The translations under genes were made by a program, and so were the position numbers. This document shows, piece by piece, positions 24,301 to 31,506 of a DNA stretch of 40,347 nt (positions are counted from its first letter, which is position 1; each line of letters opens with the position of its first letter). Source of the DNA: a virus; UHGV virus genome UHGV-0039399; one strand, written 5' to 3'. The notes under the pieces are model-generated. The model made no database searches, was not told where the DNA came from, and saw nothing but the letters and a program-made list of their open reading frames with translations.

Positions 24301-26711
24301 AAGTTTTCAGTCGGTTTTCCTGATGCCTCAACAAAGTCTGACACACCAAAGGCATTACGCGTGCGCACATAAACGTAATATTTATGGCCCGTGTTCATGC
24401 CGCCAAAAGTCCATTGGTAGCCGCGCCCGGTGAATTGCGCCAGCATGGTTACTTTTGATGGGTCTGTGATCTGGTTTTCACCTGAGTAATAAAACTCGTA
24501 TGCTGTATCAGTGGTCAGGGTTGTTTTGCTGATCGGATATACCGTTGCCTGGAAGACACCGGGAACCCAATTGACTCCAATCGGGGCTGCTGGCGCACCA
24601 ATAACCAGGTCAACAATACTTTCAGCACCCTTCATGCCAGTGTCATTACGCCCGCGAATACCAAGCGTGTAGCTGCCAGCATCCAGGCCATAAAAATCAT
24701 AGCGGTAATTCGTGGTTTCATAAGTTGCCACAATGCGGCCTTCGGTGTTATATACGCGTATTTCAAAGGTCAGGCGATGCGTTGTCGTCTGTGTTTCCCA
24801 TGTTGCGCGGCACTGGACTGTCTCAGAACCAACGTTTAACACCTTCAGATTTTCAATGTTCGGCACGCGGAAGTGATTAAGCGTGTCGTTGTTTACCTCG
24901 AAGATTGCGCCTTCATCAACTACAGCCTGTTTGTGCGGATCGTGCTGTGCAGCCTCAATGGTGTACACGCTGTTATTTTCGGTTTCCGCTACGCTGGTAA
25001 TTCGGCACAGAACAGGTTTTGCTGATTCAGTCGATACAGCAAACACGGTTCCGTTACGAATCCATGCTGGCGCTGACGCAAGGGTAATATTGTTTCCGTT
25101 AACCCCAGTGATCTGATGTTTTTTAAACTTGCCGTCGCTATCCAGTAAGCTGATAGTGTCGCCAGCCGCCACCAGATCAGAATCAACCTTGTCTACAGTT
25201 ATCACTTTCCCGTTATTCGCTACGATGCGACCGCCTAAACGAGCGGCTGCGCGGTTATTGTCGAGTATCTCGATAATATCCCCTGGGGTGAAGTGAATTG
25301 CGTCACGGGCCATTTTAAACGTGAATTTTGAGGGTTCGCGTTTTGCTGTTTCTATCAGCCATTTGCCAGCGCGGTACGCCTGCCCGCGTGACGTGCAACC
25401 GAAAGCCTCCAACGTGGTTTCGTTGTAACCATCGCGGGCGATCAGTTCGTCATCTGCCACGTATTCTTTTGATTGTTCCCAACCGTTTTCAGGGTCAGTC
25501 CATGACACGATAACGGCGTTGTAAGATTCTGCGCGAGCGATACTTGAACGAGTGAACGCGCCATCAACGACGTTTGCATTTGTGATAGTGGCAATTGGAT
25601 CTTGCGGTGCATCAATCATCACCGTAAGGCGCTGCCCGTCCCATAACGCGATACCACGGAACATGCCTGCAATGTTATCCAGCAAGTCGCGGGCGCTCAT
25701 TTGCTCCGTGATGTAAGCGTTAAGCGTCATGCGTGGTTCAAGGCCGCCGTAACCGTCGTTTACCAACTGGTCGCAGTATTGAGAAAGCGTATACAGTGCG
25801 CCGTCATCAACGTCGATGTAACCAGCGTGGCGGGCAAGCCCGAAGCGTTCATTTTTAACCAGATACCGGAAAAGCCACGCAGGGTTGTTGGTGTATGCCT
25901 TTTTGAAGCCACCAAGCCATAAGCCTGAATACGTGCGCGTTTCAGGGTCGTAGTTATCAGGCACATCAACAATCAGACCGCGCATGTGATAGGTGCGTGT
26001 CGGGGTATCAGTATACTGATCGTGGTCAATTACCGCGCCTGCTACAGCGGTGTGAGGATAAGATAAATTATCGTCGATTATCTCGCTGTAACTGCCCCAT
26101 CTGGTGTCATTGCGAAGTAGATCGCTTTTGCTGTCTGGCGTTACGCGACGAACGCGAATATCAAACGGTTTTTCATCCGGCGCCTGGATGATATGCGCTT
26201 CCATGTACTCGCCGCTTTGTTTACCAGGGCCAATTGTAATGCCTTTAACCAGTGACCACGATGTTGAGGATGAAGGCTTAACGTCAACCGCCAGCGTAAC
26301 CGATGTGTTGTATTGATTGCCCTTATCATCTGACTGAACCAAAGCATCAACGCCGAGATTCAGCCTTACGCGGTTAACGTTTGGATCTGAAACGGTTCGG
26401 ATTATTGGCGTATCGTGAGTTACTTTTGCGTTAACAATAACGGTTGATTCAATGGCGTTGAATCCGTTGATTGGTGACTGGTCAGCCGTACCATTACGCC
26501 ACGCCACGCTAACGCCAGGGACTGATGTACCTCCGTTGGCGTCAGTGATTGGGCTGTCATTAAGCATAACGCTGTTTAATGGCGCTTTCTGGTTTACAGG
26601 TCCGTAGATTGGGCCTTCGCTGAGAATGTCCAAAACGCGATAAAACTGTTTATGAAACAGGTTATCGTTTAATAATGTTGGTGTTTTGGCTTTGCCGCCG
26701 CCGCTACTCAT
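21333..26711 (-). CDS. J: central tail fiber / host specificity protein J with expanded coiled-coil stalk
   Basis: 1792 aa; N-terminal region and C-terminal domain align with my recollection of lambda gpJ; a roughly 660-aa repetitive coiled-coil insertion lies between them. Confidence 0.9.
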   Translation of the reverse strand: MSSGGGKAKTPTLLNDNLFHKQFYRVLDILSEGPIYGPVNQKAPLNSVMLNDSPITDANGGTSVPGVSVAWRNGTADQSPINGFNAIESTVIVNAKVTHDTPIIRTVSDPNVNRVRLNLGVDALVQSDDKGNQYNTSVTLAVDVKPSSSTSWSLVKGITIGPGKQSGEYMEAHIIQAPDEKPFDIRVRRVTPDSKSDLLRNDTRWGSYSEIIDDNLSYPHTAVAGAVIDHDQYTDTPTRTYHMRGLIVDVPDNYDPETRTYSGLWLGGFKKAYTNNPAWLFRYLVKNERFGLARHAGYIDVDDGALYTLSQYCDQLVNDGYGGLEPRMTLNAYITEQMSARDLLDNIAGMFRGIALWDGQRLTVMIDAPQDPIATITNANVVDGAFTRSSIARAESYNAVIVSWTDPENGWEQSKEYVADDELIARDGYNETTLEAFGCTSRGQAYRAGKWLIETAKREPSKFTFKMARDAIHFTPGDIIEILDNNRAAARLGGRIVANNGKVITVDKVDSDLVAAGDTISLLDSDGKFKKHQITGVNGNNITLASAPAWIRNGTVFAVSTESAKPVLCRITSVAETENNSVYTIEAAQHDPHKQAVVDEGAIFEVNNDTLNHFRVPNIENLKVLNVGSETVQCRATWETQTTTHRLTFEIRVYNTEGRIVATYETTNYRYDFYGLDAGSYTLGIRGRNDTGMKGAESIVDLVIGAPAAPIGVNWVPGVFQATVYPISKTTLTTDTAYEFYYSGENQITDPSKVTMLAQFTGRGYQWTFGGMNTGHKYYVYVRTRNAFGVSDFVEASGKPTENFDEISDYVMKDVMESEQFKGMIGDIKDLGDRADLIESATNDLKNATDNLKTATDNLTNITDDLRVETDNLINITDELRTDTDGLITETGAIKADTDTLKKETEDLYKKVGENADDIGHHEARIDSLEVSSEKVGSELAQAKASLQNASLALINNSLAQTNTRVTLTAQYKKGRTETKAEIDRIDNVIAEEKKATAESLETITAEMNTMDSNLKGQISSVERAVADEASARAEAINGVNASISNLDKKTDASVNRLDQAIADETNARTQAVSDVNASVSSLDKKTDASVKRLDQAIADETSARTEAISGVNASISTLDSKVTSNVTRIDKAIADETKARTDAISGVKASIDTLEGNTNSEVKRLDQSIADEASARAQAVSDVKASISNLESKTDASVSRLDKAIADETQARSAAITDVNADLTTLENSTNASVKRLDQAIADESSARAEAISGINAEIGSIENSVDKNSDDINQTKASLQNASIALINNSIAQTNTRVTLTAQYKKGRKETNAQIDRIDSVIAEEKKATAEAIGVVKASITDLDKKTDASVSRLDKAIADETNARSEAISGVNASINTLESNTESEVSRLDQAIADEASARAQAISGVNASISTLDGKVTSNVTRIDKAIADETKARTDAINSLNSSLTSTINSKVSEVSTALSTHEASSAEKFGQISASFESVNSSITEWSQAMATADEALSNKIDQLTVTVNGNTTAIQTTSKALTDFKGNVDATYSIKLATDNNGMKYATGMSLGLTGNGTNVQSQCIFLVDRFVLMTAANGTYTAPFYVSNGAMYVKEAFIKNASIGTAKIADAAITTAKIAQQIQSTNYAAGSSGWMINKNGSAELNNVTVRGAVYASSGKFSGSLEAKTFIGDVANMYTGSDVSRTRDGELVKTITYTDTSDAAHSRHVCVMANVKGYGGCTITIGGSSKASMVDGTERLVMHSSAVTSKSVTVTIKVSAQNSKGAYIQSPTVIVSRGSGSFSG
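22190..24200. repeat. in-frame tandem repeats within J (84-bp/28-aa units, acidic heptads, and a duplicated block about 1 kb apart)
   Basis: Repeated protein unit RLDQAIADETxARxEAISGVNASISxLDxKTDASV about 12 times; the anchor KASLQNAS(L/I)ALINNS(L/I)AQTNTRVTLTAQYKKGR occurs twice (DNA near 22880 and 23880). Confidence 0.8.
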
Positions 26712-26725
26712 GGTTTTTTCTCCTG

Positions 26726-27256
26726 TTAACTTACAACGTCCAGGGCGTCTCTGTTGTTGCTTGTGTCTATGCCTAACGACCCGACATTTGAACCTATTTT
26801 CATTTCACCCAACAGGATCGGCACTGGTCTACCCTGGCCTACCTTGTTTTCAACGCTGGTGTATGTGTTGTTAGATATGGTGTTATCTTGTGCGCTTTCT
26901 GCTGATGTTTTTATCTTCATGTTGCGTGACATAAAGATCGAGAATGCAACGCTAACAACCGAAACACCGATCAAAATCCAACCTACAACGCCAATCCCAG
27001 CAATACCACCTTCCACCACTGGCGCAACAATGACTGTGGTTCCGTCCTGGTATTTACTGTTAACCGCTGCGGGCGCGGTATTTTCGTCATAATCTTTCCC
27101 GGCAATTCGTAAGCGCAATGGGGTACTTAAAAACGCCTTTTTGAACTCATGATTCTGCGCAACCAGCAAGCCAAGCCCCTGCGCTGGCGTGTCAACGTTT
27201 AAACACACTTTGCCGTAATATCTTCGAAGATTGCCCGTAAATCTAAACTTGAGCAT
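26726..27256 (-). CDS. I: tail assembly protein I
   Basis: Matches my recollection of lambda gpI (ubiquitin-like N-terminus, hydrophobic Gly-rich middle, PVPILLGEMKIGSNVGS vs lambda LPVLYGEMRVGSRVVS). Confidence 0.85.
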   Translation of the reverse strand: MLKFRFTGNLRRYYGKVCLNVDTPAQGLGLLVAQNHEFKKAFLSTPLRLRIAGKDYDENTAPAAVNSKYQDGTTVIVAPVVEGGIAGIGVVGWILIGVSVVSVAFSIFMSRNMKIKTSAESAQDNTISNNTYTSVENKVGQGRPVPILLGEMKIGSNVGSLGIDTSNNRDALDVVS

Positions 27257-27930
27257 TTGTCAGATCTCCATATTGAATTGGTCTGTCGAACATACGCGGG
27301 CCGCATTTGCTCGCGGCGGCTTAACAGTCCGGCATTGTCATGATGCAAAACAGTGTTATCGCCCAGGTAAATCATCGCGTGGCATGGGTCAGCGCCTTTA
27401 AACGGCTGGCGAATAATCACGTCACCTGGCTGAATGCTTTGCGCGTCAACCATGAAAAACCCGTGCAATGGCAGGTTCTTTATGTACAGGTTTTCCCCAC
27501 GCAGCCACCACCCATCGTGGCGCTCAAAATCAGGTAGATCCACGCCGCAAAGATGGTAGGCGTCACGGAAAAGCGAGTAACAATCTGCTTTCCCATGTTC
27601 AAATTTACGGCCCAACAGGTGCGCCACCGGGCGGAATTTTCTTACCCTGCCGCCGGAACACAAATACCACGGCAGACCGGAAATGACCTGCTGTTGCCGA
27701 TCCCGTGCTGACAATATCAACGAATTGTCAGTATGGGAGTGAAAAACGGCGGTTATAACGCCTAATTCGTCAGCATTGATATAATCGTCAGGCGAGATTT
27801 TAAAACTGTTGTGCGGCGCTTCAGACACGTTAGCGCACGGGTAAAAATAATCATCATCTATCACCAGCCCGCACACTTCCTCGCGAGGGTGGGCTGCGGC
27901 GTAGCGAATCATTTTATTTTCAAGTGCCAT
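27199..27930 (-). CDS. K: tail tip assembly protein K (JAMM/MPN plus NlpC/P60 domains)
   Basis: Strong similarity to lambda gpK as I recall it (HSH metal site, RKFRPVAHLLGRKFEHG, DCYSLFRDAYHL); start refined to ATG 2 nt after the L stop. Confidence 0.9.
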   Translation of the reverse strand: MALENKMIRYAAAHPREEVCGLVIDDDYFYPCANVSEAPHNSFKISPDDYINADELGVITAVFHSHTDNSLILSARDRQQQVISGLPWYLCSGGRVRKFRPVAHLLGRKFEHGKADCYSLFRDAYHLCGVDLPDFERHDGWWLRGENLYIKNLPLHGFFMVDAQSIQPGDVIIRQPFKGADPCHAMIYLGDNTVLHHDNAGLLSRREQMRPAYVRQTNSIWRSDKCSSLDLRAIFEDITAKCV

Positions 27931-27932
27931 AA

Positions 27933-28637
27933 TTAACCCACCTTGCTGGACCCAGGGAAGCACGAAATCGGTAACGAATTAGGGCGTGGGAAACGCAAAC
28001 GGCAACCGCTCAGGCGGTGGCTGCACCTATCCAGCTTCGGATCGCTGGTCGATTCGTCTTTTTCGGTAGCTACAGGGCCGCCGCTGTATCCGCAACCGTC
28101 GCCCCGGTATTGCCACTGGCAAACGTCGGCGAGGATTGTGCGCCCAGGGATAACAGCCTTGTCAGCATCAATTGGCGTTGACAGTTCGTATTGCACATGA
28201 TCTGCCGTTTCTTCGCTCATCGCCTCAATGACGTAAAAAGATACCGCCTCGATAGACGGATCTGCATCCGGGTTGCCATTGGGGAAGTTGACGGCGTCCA
28301 GGTATTTTACTTCCACCTGGCGGCGCGTAACCTTCATCCCTCGCAGGTCGTTAAAGTCGTTGTTCATCCCGGTAATTAGCCCACCAATGTTAGCCACTGC
28401 CATCTGCGGGCGTGAGTAAACGCCTTCATTTTTCATTTCGAAGCCAGTGGCCTCGATTGGGTAGCTGTTGTAAGCCAATCCCTTCCAGATAACAGGGCCG
28501 TAATAGCCATTCGCGCCGGAATGGAAGCGGATAACCTCGCCACCCAGGGGCGTGAGGTCTAATTCAAACAAGTCAATTACCGCGCCGACTCCGGCATCGA
28601 CGGAATCAATAATCATCTCTGTAGGTATGTTGCGCAT
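27933..28637 (-). CDS. L: minor tail protein L
   Basis: Strong similarity to lambda gpL as I recall it (LDAVNF.NGN..ADP, GR..LA..C.W.YRGD.CGYSG, C-terminal Cys cluster). Confidence 0.9.
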   Translation of the reverse strand: MRNIPTEMIIDSVDAGVGAVIDLFELDLTPLGGEVIRFHSGANGYYGPVIWKGLAYNSYPIEATGFEMKNEGVYSRPQMAVANIGGLITGMNNDFNDLRGMKVTRRQVEVKYLDAVNFPNGNPDADPSIEAVSFYVIEAMSEETADHVQYELSTPIDADKAVIPGRTILADVCQWQYRGDGCGYSGGPVATEKDESTSDPKLDRCSHRLSGCRLRFPRPNSLPISCFPGSSKVG

Positions 28638-28690
28638 TTTATCACCTTGTCATTTTGTGATCGCCATCACGCTAAATCATACCAAAACGG

Positions 28691-28718
28691 TTGATAGCGT
28701 TTTTACAATATGTATATT
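28691..28718 (+). promoter_or_regulatory. candidate sigma70 promoter for the L-M cassette (-35 TTGATA, 16-bp spacer, -10 TATATT)
   Basis: Near-consensus hexamers about 20 nt upstream of the first cassette ORF; the CAAAACGGTT motif sits just upstream. Confidence 0.45.
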
Positions 28719-28734
28719 GTACTCAAAAGGAAGC

Positions 28735-28920
28735 ATGGTTAACAAAATGGCGCGGAGGTGTGAGGTGGATGATAAGGTGTGGAGGTTGACGGTATTCCTT
28801 AGTGATGGCAGGGAAATGACTGTGGCCCTGTATAAAGATGAAGGCGAGGCACTTACTGACGCGCTCTTACTCGCTGAAGATGAACGAGTTTTTGGATACA
28901 GGATCGAACCTGTCAAATGA
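28735..28920 (+). CDS. small acidic protein (61 aa), L-M cassette gene 1
   Basis: ORF with AAAGGAAG RBS on the strand opposite the tail operon. Confidence 0.5.
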   Translation: MVNKMARRCEVDDKVWRLTVFLSDGREMTVALYKDEGEALTDALLLAEDERVFGYRIEPVK

Positions 28921-28933
28921 GAGGTTAACAAAA

Positions 28934-29284
28934 ATGCAAAAATACAGTTTAGAGGTCTGGACTGATAAATGTGAATGGGAGCGCATGGGCCTGTTTGATA
29001 CATACGCCGCAGCGCGTGATGAAGGTCGTGAGTTACTTCGCTGTTGGTCTGGCGCTCGTGATTTTGATATTACTCCGGTCCAGGTGCCGGATATGGTGGA
29101 AGAGATGAACCCGAAAGATATTAACTTCAACGTCAATGTTGAATTTTCAGACTCTATGGATCAGGCTTGCCCTGGTGAAATTCACGCAAAAGGTTTTCCG
29201 GCAGACGATCCAGAAGCAAAACGCGAATACGAAAAAGCTGCGAAAGACTTCTGCATTGATAACCTGGGCGCATTCGATAAATAA
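28934..29284 (+). CDS. acidic protein (116 aa), L-M cassette gene 2
   Basis: GAGAGG RBS; start refined from the track ORF 28838-29284; strongly acidic C-terminal half. Confidence 0.55.
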   Translation: MQKYSLEVWTDKCEWERMGLFDTYAAARDEGRELLRCWSGARDFDITPVQVPDMVEEMNPKDINFNVNVEFSDSMDQACPGEIHAKGFPADDPEAKREYEKAAKDFCIDNLGAFDK

Positions 29285-29293
29285 GGGGGACAC

Positions 29294-29542
29294 ATGGGTC
29301 GGCGCAACCACGGCGATTATGTGTACACGCTGAAACAGGCCGCCCGCCTCGTCGGGTATCATGAGCACGAATTTATTGATTTGCTGATTGAGCGCGGGAT
29401 ACTTTACCAGGTCTGTCTGACGCTGTACCCAAAAGCGAAATACCTACAGGAAAAGTTATTTATCATCATGACGGACGAAAACCAGGTAAATCACTCATTC
29501 GTCACTGATAAAGGTGTCAACTATCTGCGTGATAACTTATAG
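29294..29542 (+). CDS. small HTH DNA-binding protein (82 aa), L-M cassette gene 3
   Basis: GGGGG RBS; N-terminal excisionase/MerR-like HTH (YTLKQAARLVGYHEHEFIDLLIERGIL). Confidence 0.55.
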   Translation: MGRRNHGDYVYTLKQAARLVGYHEHEFIDLLIERGILYQVCLTLYPKAKYLQEKLFIIMTDENQVNHSFVTDKGVNYLRDNL

Positions 29543-29551
29543 GCGGCAATT

Positions 29552-29623
29552 ATGGATGAGGTTATCGAGAATGTTTTGGTAGTGGCTGGCGCAATTGCCA
29601 TAGTTTATGCCTTTCTGAGCTAA
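29552..29623 (+). CDS. 23-aa hydrophobic peptide, L-M cassette gene 4
   Basis: Manually found ORF MDEVIENVLVVAGAIAIVYAFLS; very short, tentative. Confidence 0.25.
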   Translation: MDEVIENVLVVAGAIAIVYAFLS

Positions 29624-29634
29624 TGGGGTGGATT

Positions 29635-29772
29635 ATGAAAATCGAAGTTTTAGCATTAATCGCAATGGGCTTGATCGTCTTCGGTGTTCACGCTGCTGGT
29701 TGGGACTGGGCTGCAATAGCAAACAACATGGCGCACGCTCACCCAATGAGCTTGCTGTATATTCACTACTGA
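29635..29772 (+). CDS. 45-aa membrane peptide, L-M cassette gene 5
   Basis: Manually found ORF MKIEVLALIAMGLIVFGVHAAGWDW...; followed immediately by a strong terminator. Confidence 0.35.
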   Translation: MKIEVLALIAMGLIVFGVHAAGWDWAAIANNMAHAHPMSLLYIHY

Positions 29773-29777
29773 CAAGA

Positions 29778-29808
29778 AAAACCCCGCTTCGCGCGGGGTT
29801 GTTTTTAT
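29778..29808 (+). terminator. rho-independent terminator ending the L-M cassette
   Basis: CCCCGC-ttcgc-GCGGGG hairpin plus T-run; same stem and flanks as the terminator at 21305-21335 but with a reverse-complemented loop. Confidence 0.7.
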
Positions 29809-29990
29809 ACGCCATCAACCAAAAATAAAACCTCCTTGCCCTCCCTGGATCTGCACCCGACATACCCGTCACCCATATCATGCAAATACCATATATCGCC
29901 ATTGTCAGCTTTTACAGCAAGGTCGTTGATCTCATAGTCGGCAAATAATGTAAAAGATTCAGTCTTATCAACCACACAAAAACCGTACAT
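29805..29990 (-). CDS. small protein (61 aa) downstream of M
   Basis: ORF with GGTGGGGGG RBS, starting 15 nt after the M stop. Confidence 0.4.
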   Translation of the reverse strand: MYGFCVVDKTESFTLFADYEINDLAVKADNGDIWYLHDMGDGYVGCRSREGKEVLFLVDGV

Positions 29991-30005
29991 AACAACCCCC
30001 CACCG

Positions 30006-30359
30006 TTAGCCAACAACTTGTTCAAACGTTGCGTTTAGCGTGCAAACAGGCCCGTCTTTGGTCATATTCCAGCTACGACAAACGAAAAGCCTTTGCACCC
30101 CGTCGGTCGATGGAGTCCAGTAAAACGCCTCGACCGCGCCGCGCGCCCTTAAAAATGCGTCAACCTGTAGCGCGACATTTCCTGCTGCACCGCATCCTGC
30201 ACTACTTCCTTTGAAAACCAGGGTATAAGTATCAAGTAACGTGTTGATCCCTTTCGCCTGGCGCTGCTCATAACCGTCACCAAGTTTAACGACGGACACG
30301 TTTGGTTCAGTGTTTACGCTGTAGCTTCTTTGCGGCGTCCATTTGAAAACTTCAGGCAT
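30006..30359 (-). CDS. M: minor tail protein M
   Basis: Similar to lambda gpM as I recall it (GDGYEQR vs GDGYSQR; C-terminal FEQVVG vs FEQVVN); start refined to the ATG preceded by a G8 tract. Confidence 0.85.
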   Translation of the reverse strand: MPEVFKWTPQRSYSVNTEPNVSVVKLGDGYEQRQAKGINTLLDTYTLVFKGSSAGCGAAGNVALQVDAFLRARGAVEAFYWTPSTDGVQRLFVCRSWNMTKDGPVCTLNATFEQVVG

Positions 30360-30533
30360 GATCCCCCCCCTCTCATAAGTTACATATTGCATACATCTTT
30401 ACGCGCTTCTACGCGAAAAATGATAACTTCGTCACAAGAATTATACCAAGTTTACGAAATGGCTTCACACAGGACGCAACAAGATGTATACAGAAAGCAA
30501 GAAGAGAAAGCAGTACCAACAAAGGGGGCCAAT

Positions 30534-30689
30534 ATGGAACGCTATGTAGTGGTAATGCTAAACAAAGCATTCGAACAGGTGGAAGTTGCGATTGTGAAGG
30601 GTTTTGATGATGCATTCAAATACGGTCAATTCATGATGAATGCAAAAGAAGATGAATACCGTGATTTCTTCCTGAAAGTGGTCAACTGA
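30534..30689 (+). CDS. small protein (51 aa), M-tape-measure cassette gene 1
   Basis: AAGGGGG RBS; opposite strand to the tail operon; the track's longer ORF 30330-30689 has weaker start context. Confidence 0.45.
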   Translation: MERYVVVMLNKAFEQVEVAIVKGFDDAFKYGQFMMNAKEDEYRDFFLKVVN

Positions 30690-30709
30690 TTGATTGCGCG
30701 GGGTGAGTT

Positions 30710-30964
30710 ATGAAATTGGTGGCGATTGGCAAAAACCTGAAAGCACAGAAAAACGCACAGGAACGGATCATCAAAAAAGGCAAGGCTTTATTAAATTCTT
30801 TCCTGAAAAAAGAGGCCAACCCCAAAAAATTACGCGATGGCTACGGCTATAAATTTGACATCAACCCCGATTGGCGGTTATTCAGCGAAGATTTAAAGAT
30901 GTGGTTAATTATTGACCATCTGGAATACAACCGCCACTGTGGCGTAAAAGGGGCGCATAAATGA
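30710..30964 (+). CDS. basic Lys-rich protein (84 aa), cassette gene 2
   Basis: ORF with GGGGTGAG RBS-like context. Confidence 0.5.
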   Translation: MKLVAIGKNLKAQKNAQERIIKKGKALLNSFLKKEANPKKLRDGYGYKFDINPDWRLFSEDLKMWLIIDHLEYNRHCGVKGAHK

Positions 30965-30972
30965 GGTGAAAT

Positions 30973-31065
30973 ATGGATGACGATAAATTCACCTGGCGGG
31001 AGATCTGGAACATCTGGCAGGTGATGTTTGCTCGCAGCTACATAGCAAGAAACGGCAGGTTGTGA
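30973..31065 (+). CDS. 30-aa peptide, cassette gene 3
   Basis: Manually found ORF with GAGGTGA RBS; tentative. Confidence 0.25.
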   Translation: MDDDKFTWREIWNIWQVMFARSYIARNGRL

Positions 31066-31083
31066 TTTGCGGAGGAAAATAAA

Positions 31084-31254
31084 ATGAAAAACCCGGCAAA
31101 TAAAAGCAATGTAAAACGTATGGCATGGGTGCTAAAATATATGGATAGCAAAGGGGATACATATACATGTCCATTTTTCAGGTATACTGACGCGGTATTT
31201 GCCAGAAGTGTACACGGAGGGAAAATTGAAAGAGGGTATACAAGATTTGAGTAA
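31084..31254 (+). CDS. small protein (56 aa), cassette gene 4
   Basis: Manually found ORF MKNPANKSNVKRMAWVLKYMDSKGDTYTCPFF...; GGAGG RBS. Confidence 0.4.
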   Translation: MKNPANKSNVKRMAWVLKYMDSKGDTYTCPFFRYTDAVFARSVHGGKIERGYTRFE

Positions 31255-31289
31255 ATTTATTCAGTAAATTAATAACATAATGAAGGTTT

Positions 31290-31472
31290 ATGATGATTAT
31301 TCACGAGACTGAAGAATGCAGAAGGATTGATCTTAGTGTTGAAGATGATGGAAGATTATGGATCGTTAGCGACTGCGAGATGATTGTAATAAACAAAAAG
31401 CAAGCTGACGAACTGATAAGAGCATTACAGCTTTATGCAAGCGGCGAATTTAAGAATGATGAAATTGAATAA
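31290..31472 (+). CDS. small acidic protein (60 aa), cassette gene 5
   Basis: ORF with GAAGG RBS, followed by a terminator. Confidence 0.5.
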   Translation: MMIIHETEECRRIDLSVEDDGRLWIVSDCEMIVINKKQADELIRALQLYASGEFKNDEIE

Positions 31473-31475
31473 AGA

Positions 31476-31506
31476 TAACCCCGGCATTGTACCGGGGTTT
31501 TGTTTA
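31476..31506. terminator. rho-independent terminator between the convergent cassette and tape measure gene
   Basis: CCCCGG-cattgta-CCGGGG hairpin followed by TTTTGTTTATTT. Confidence 0.65.
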
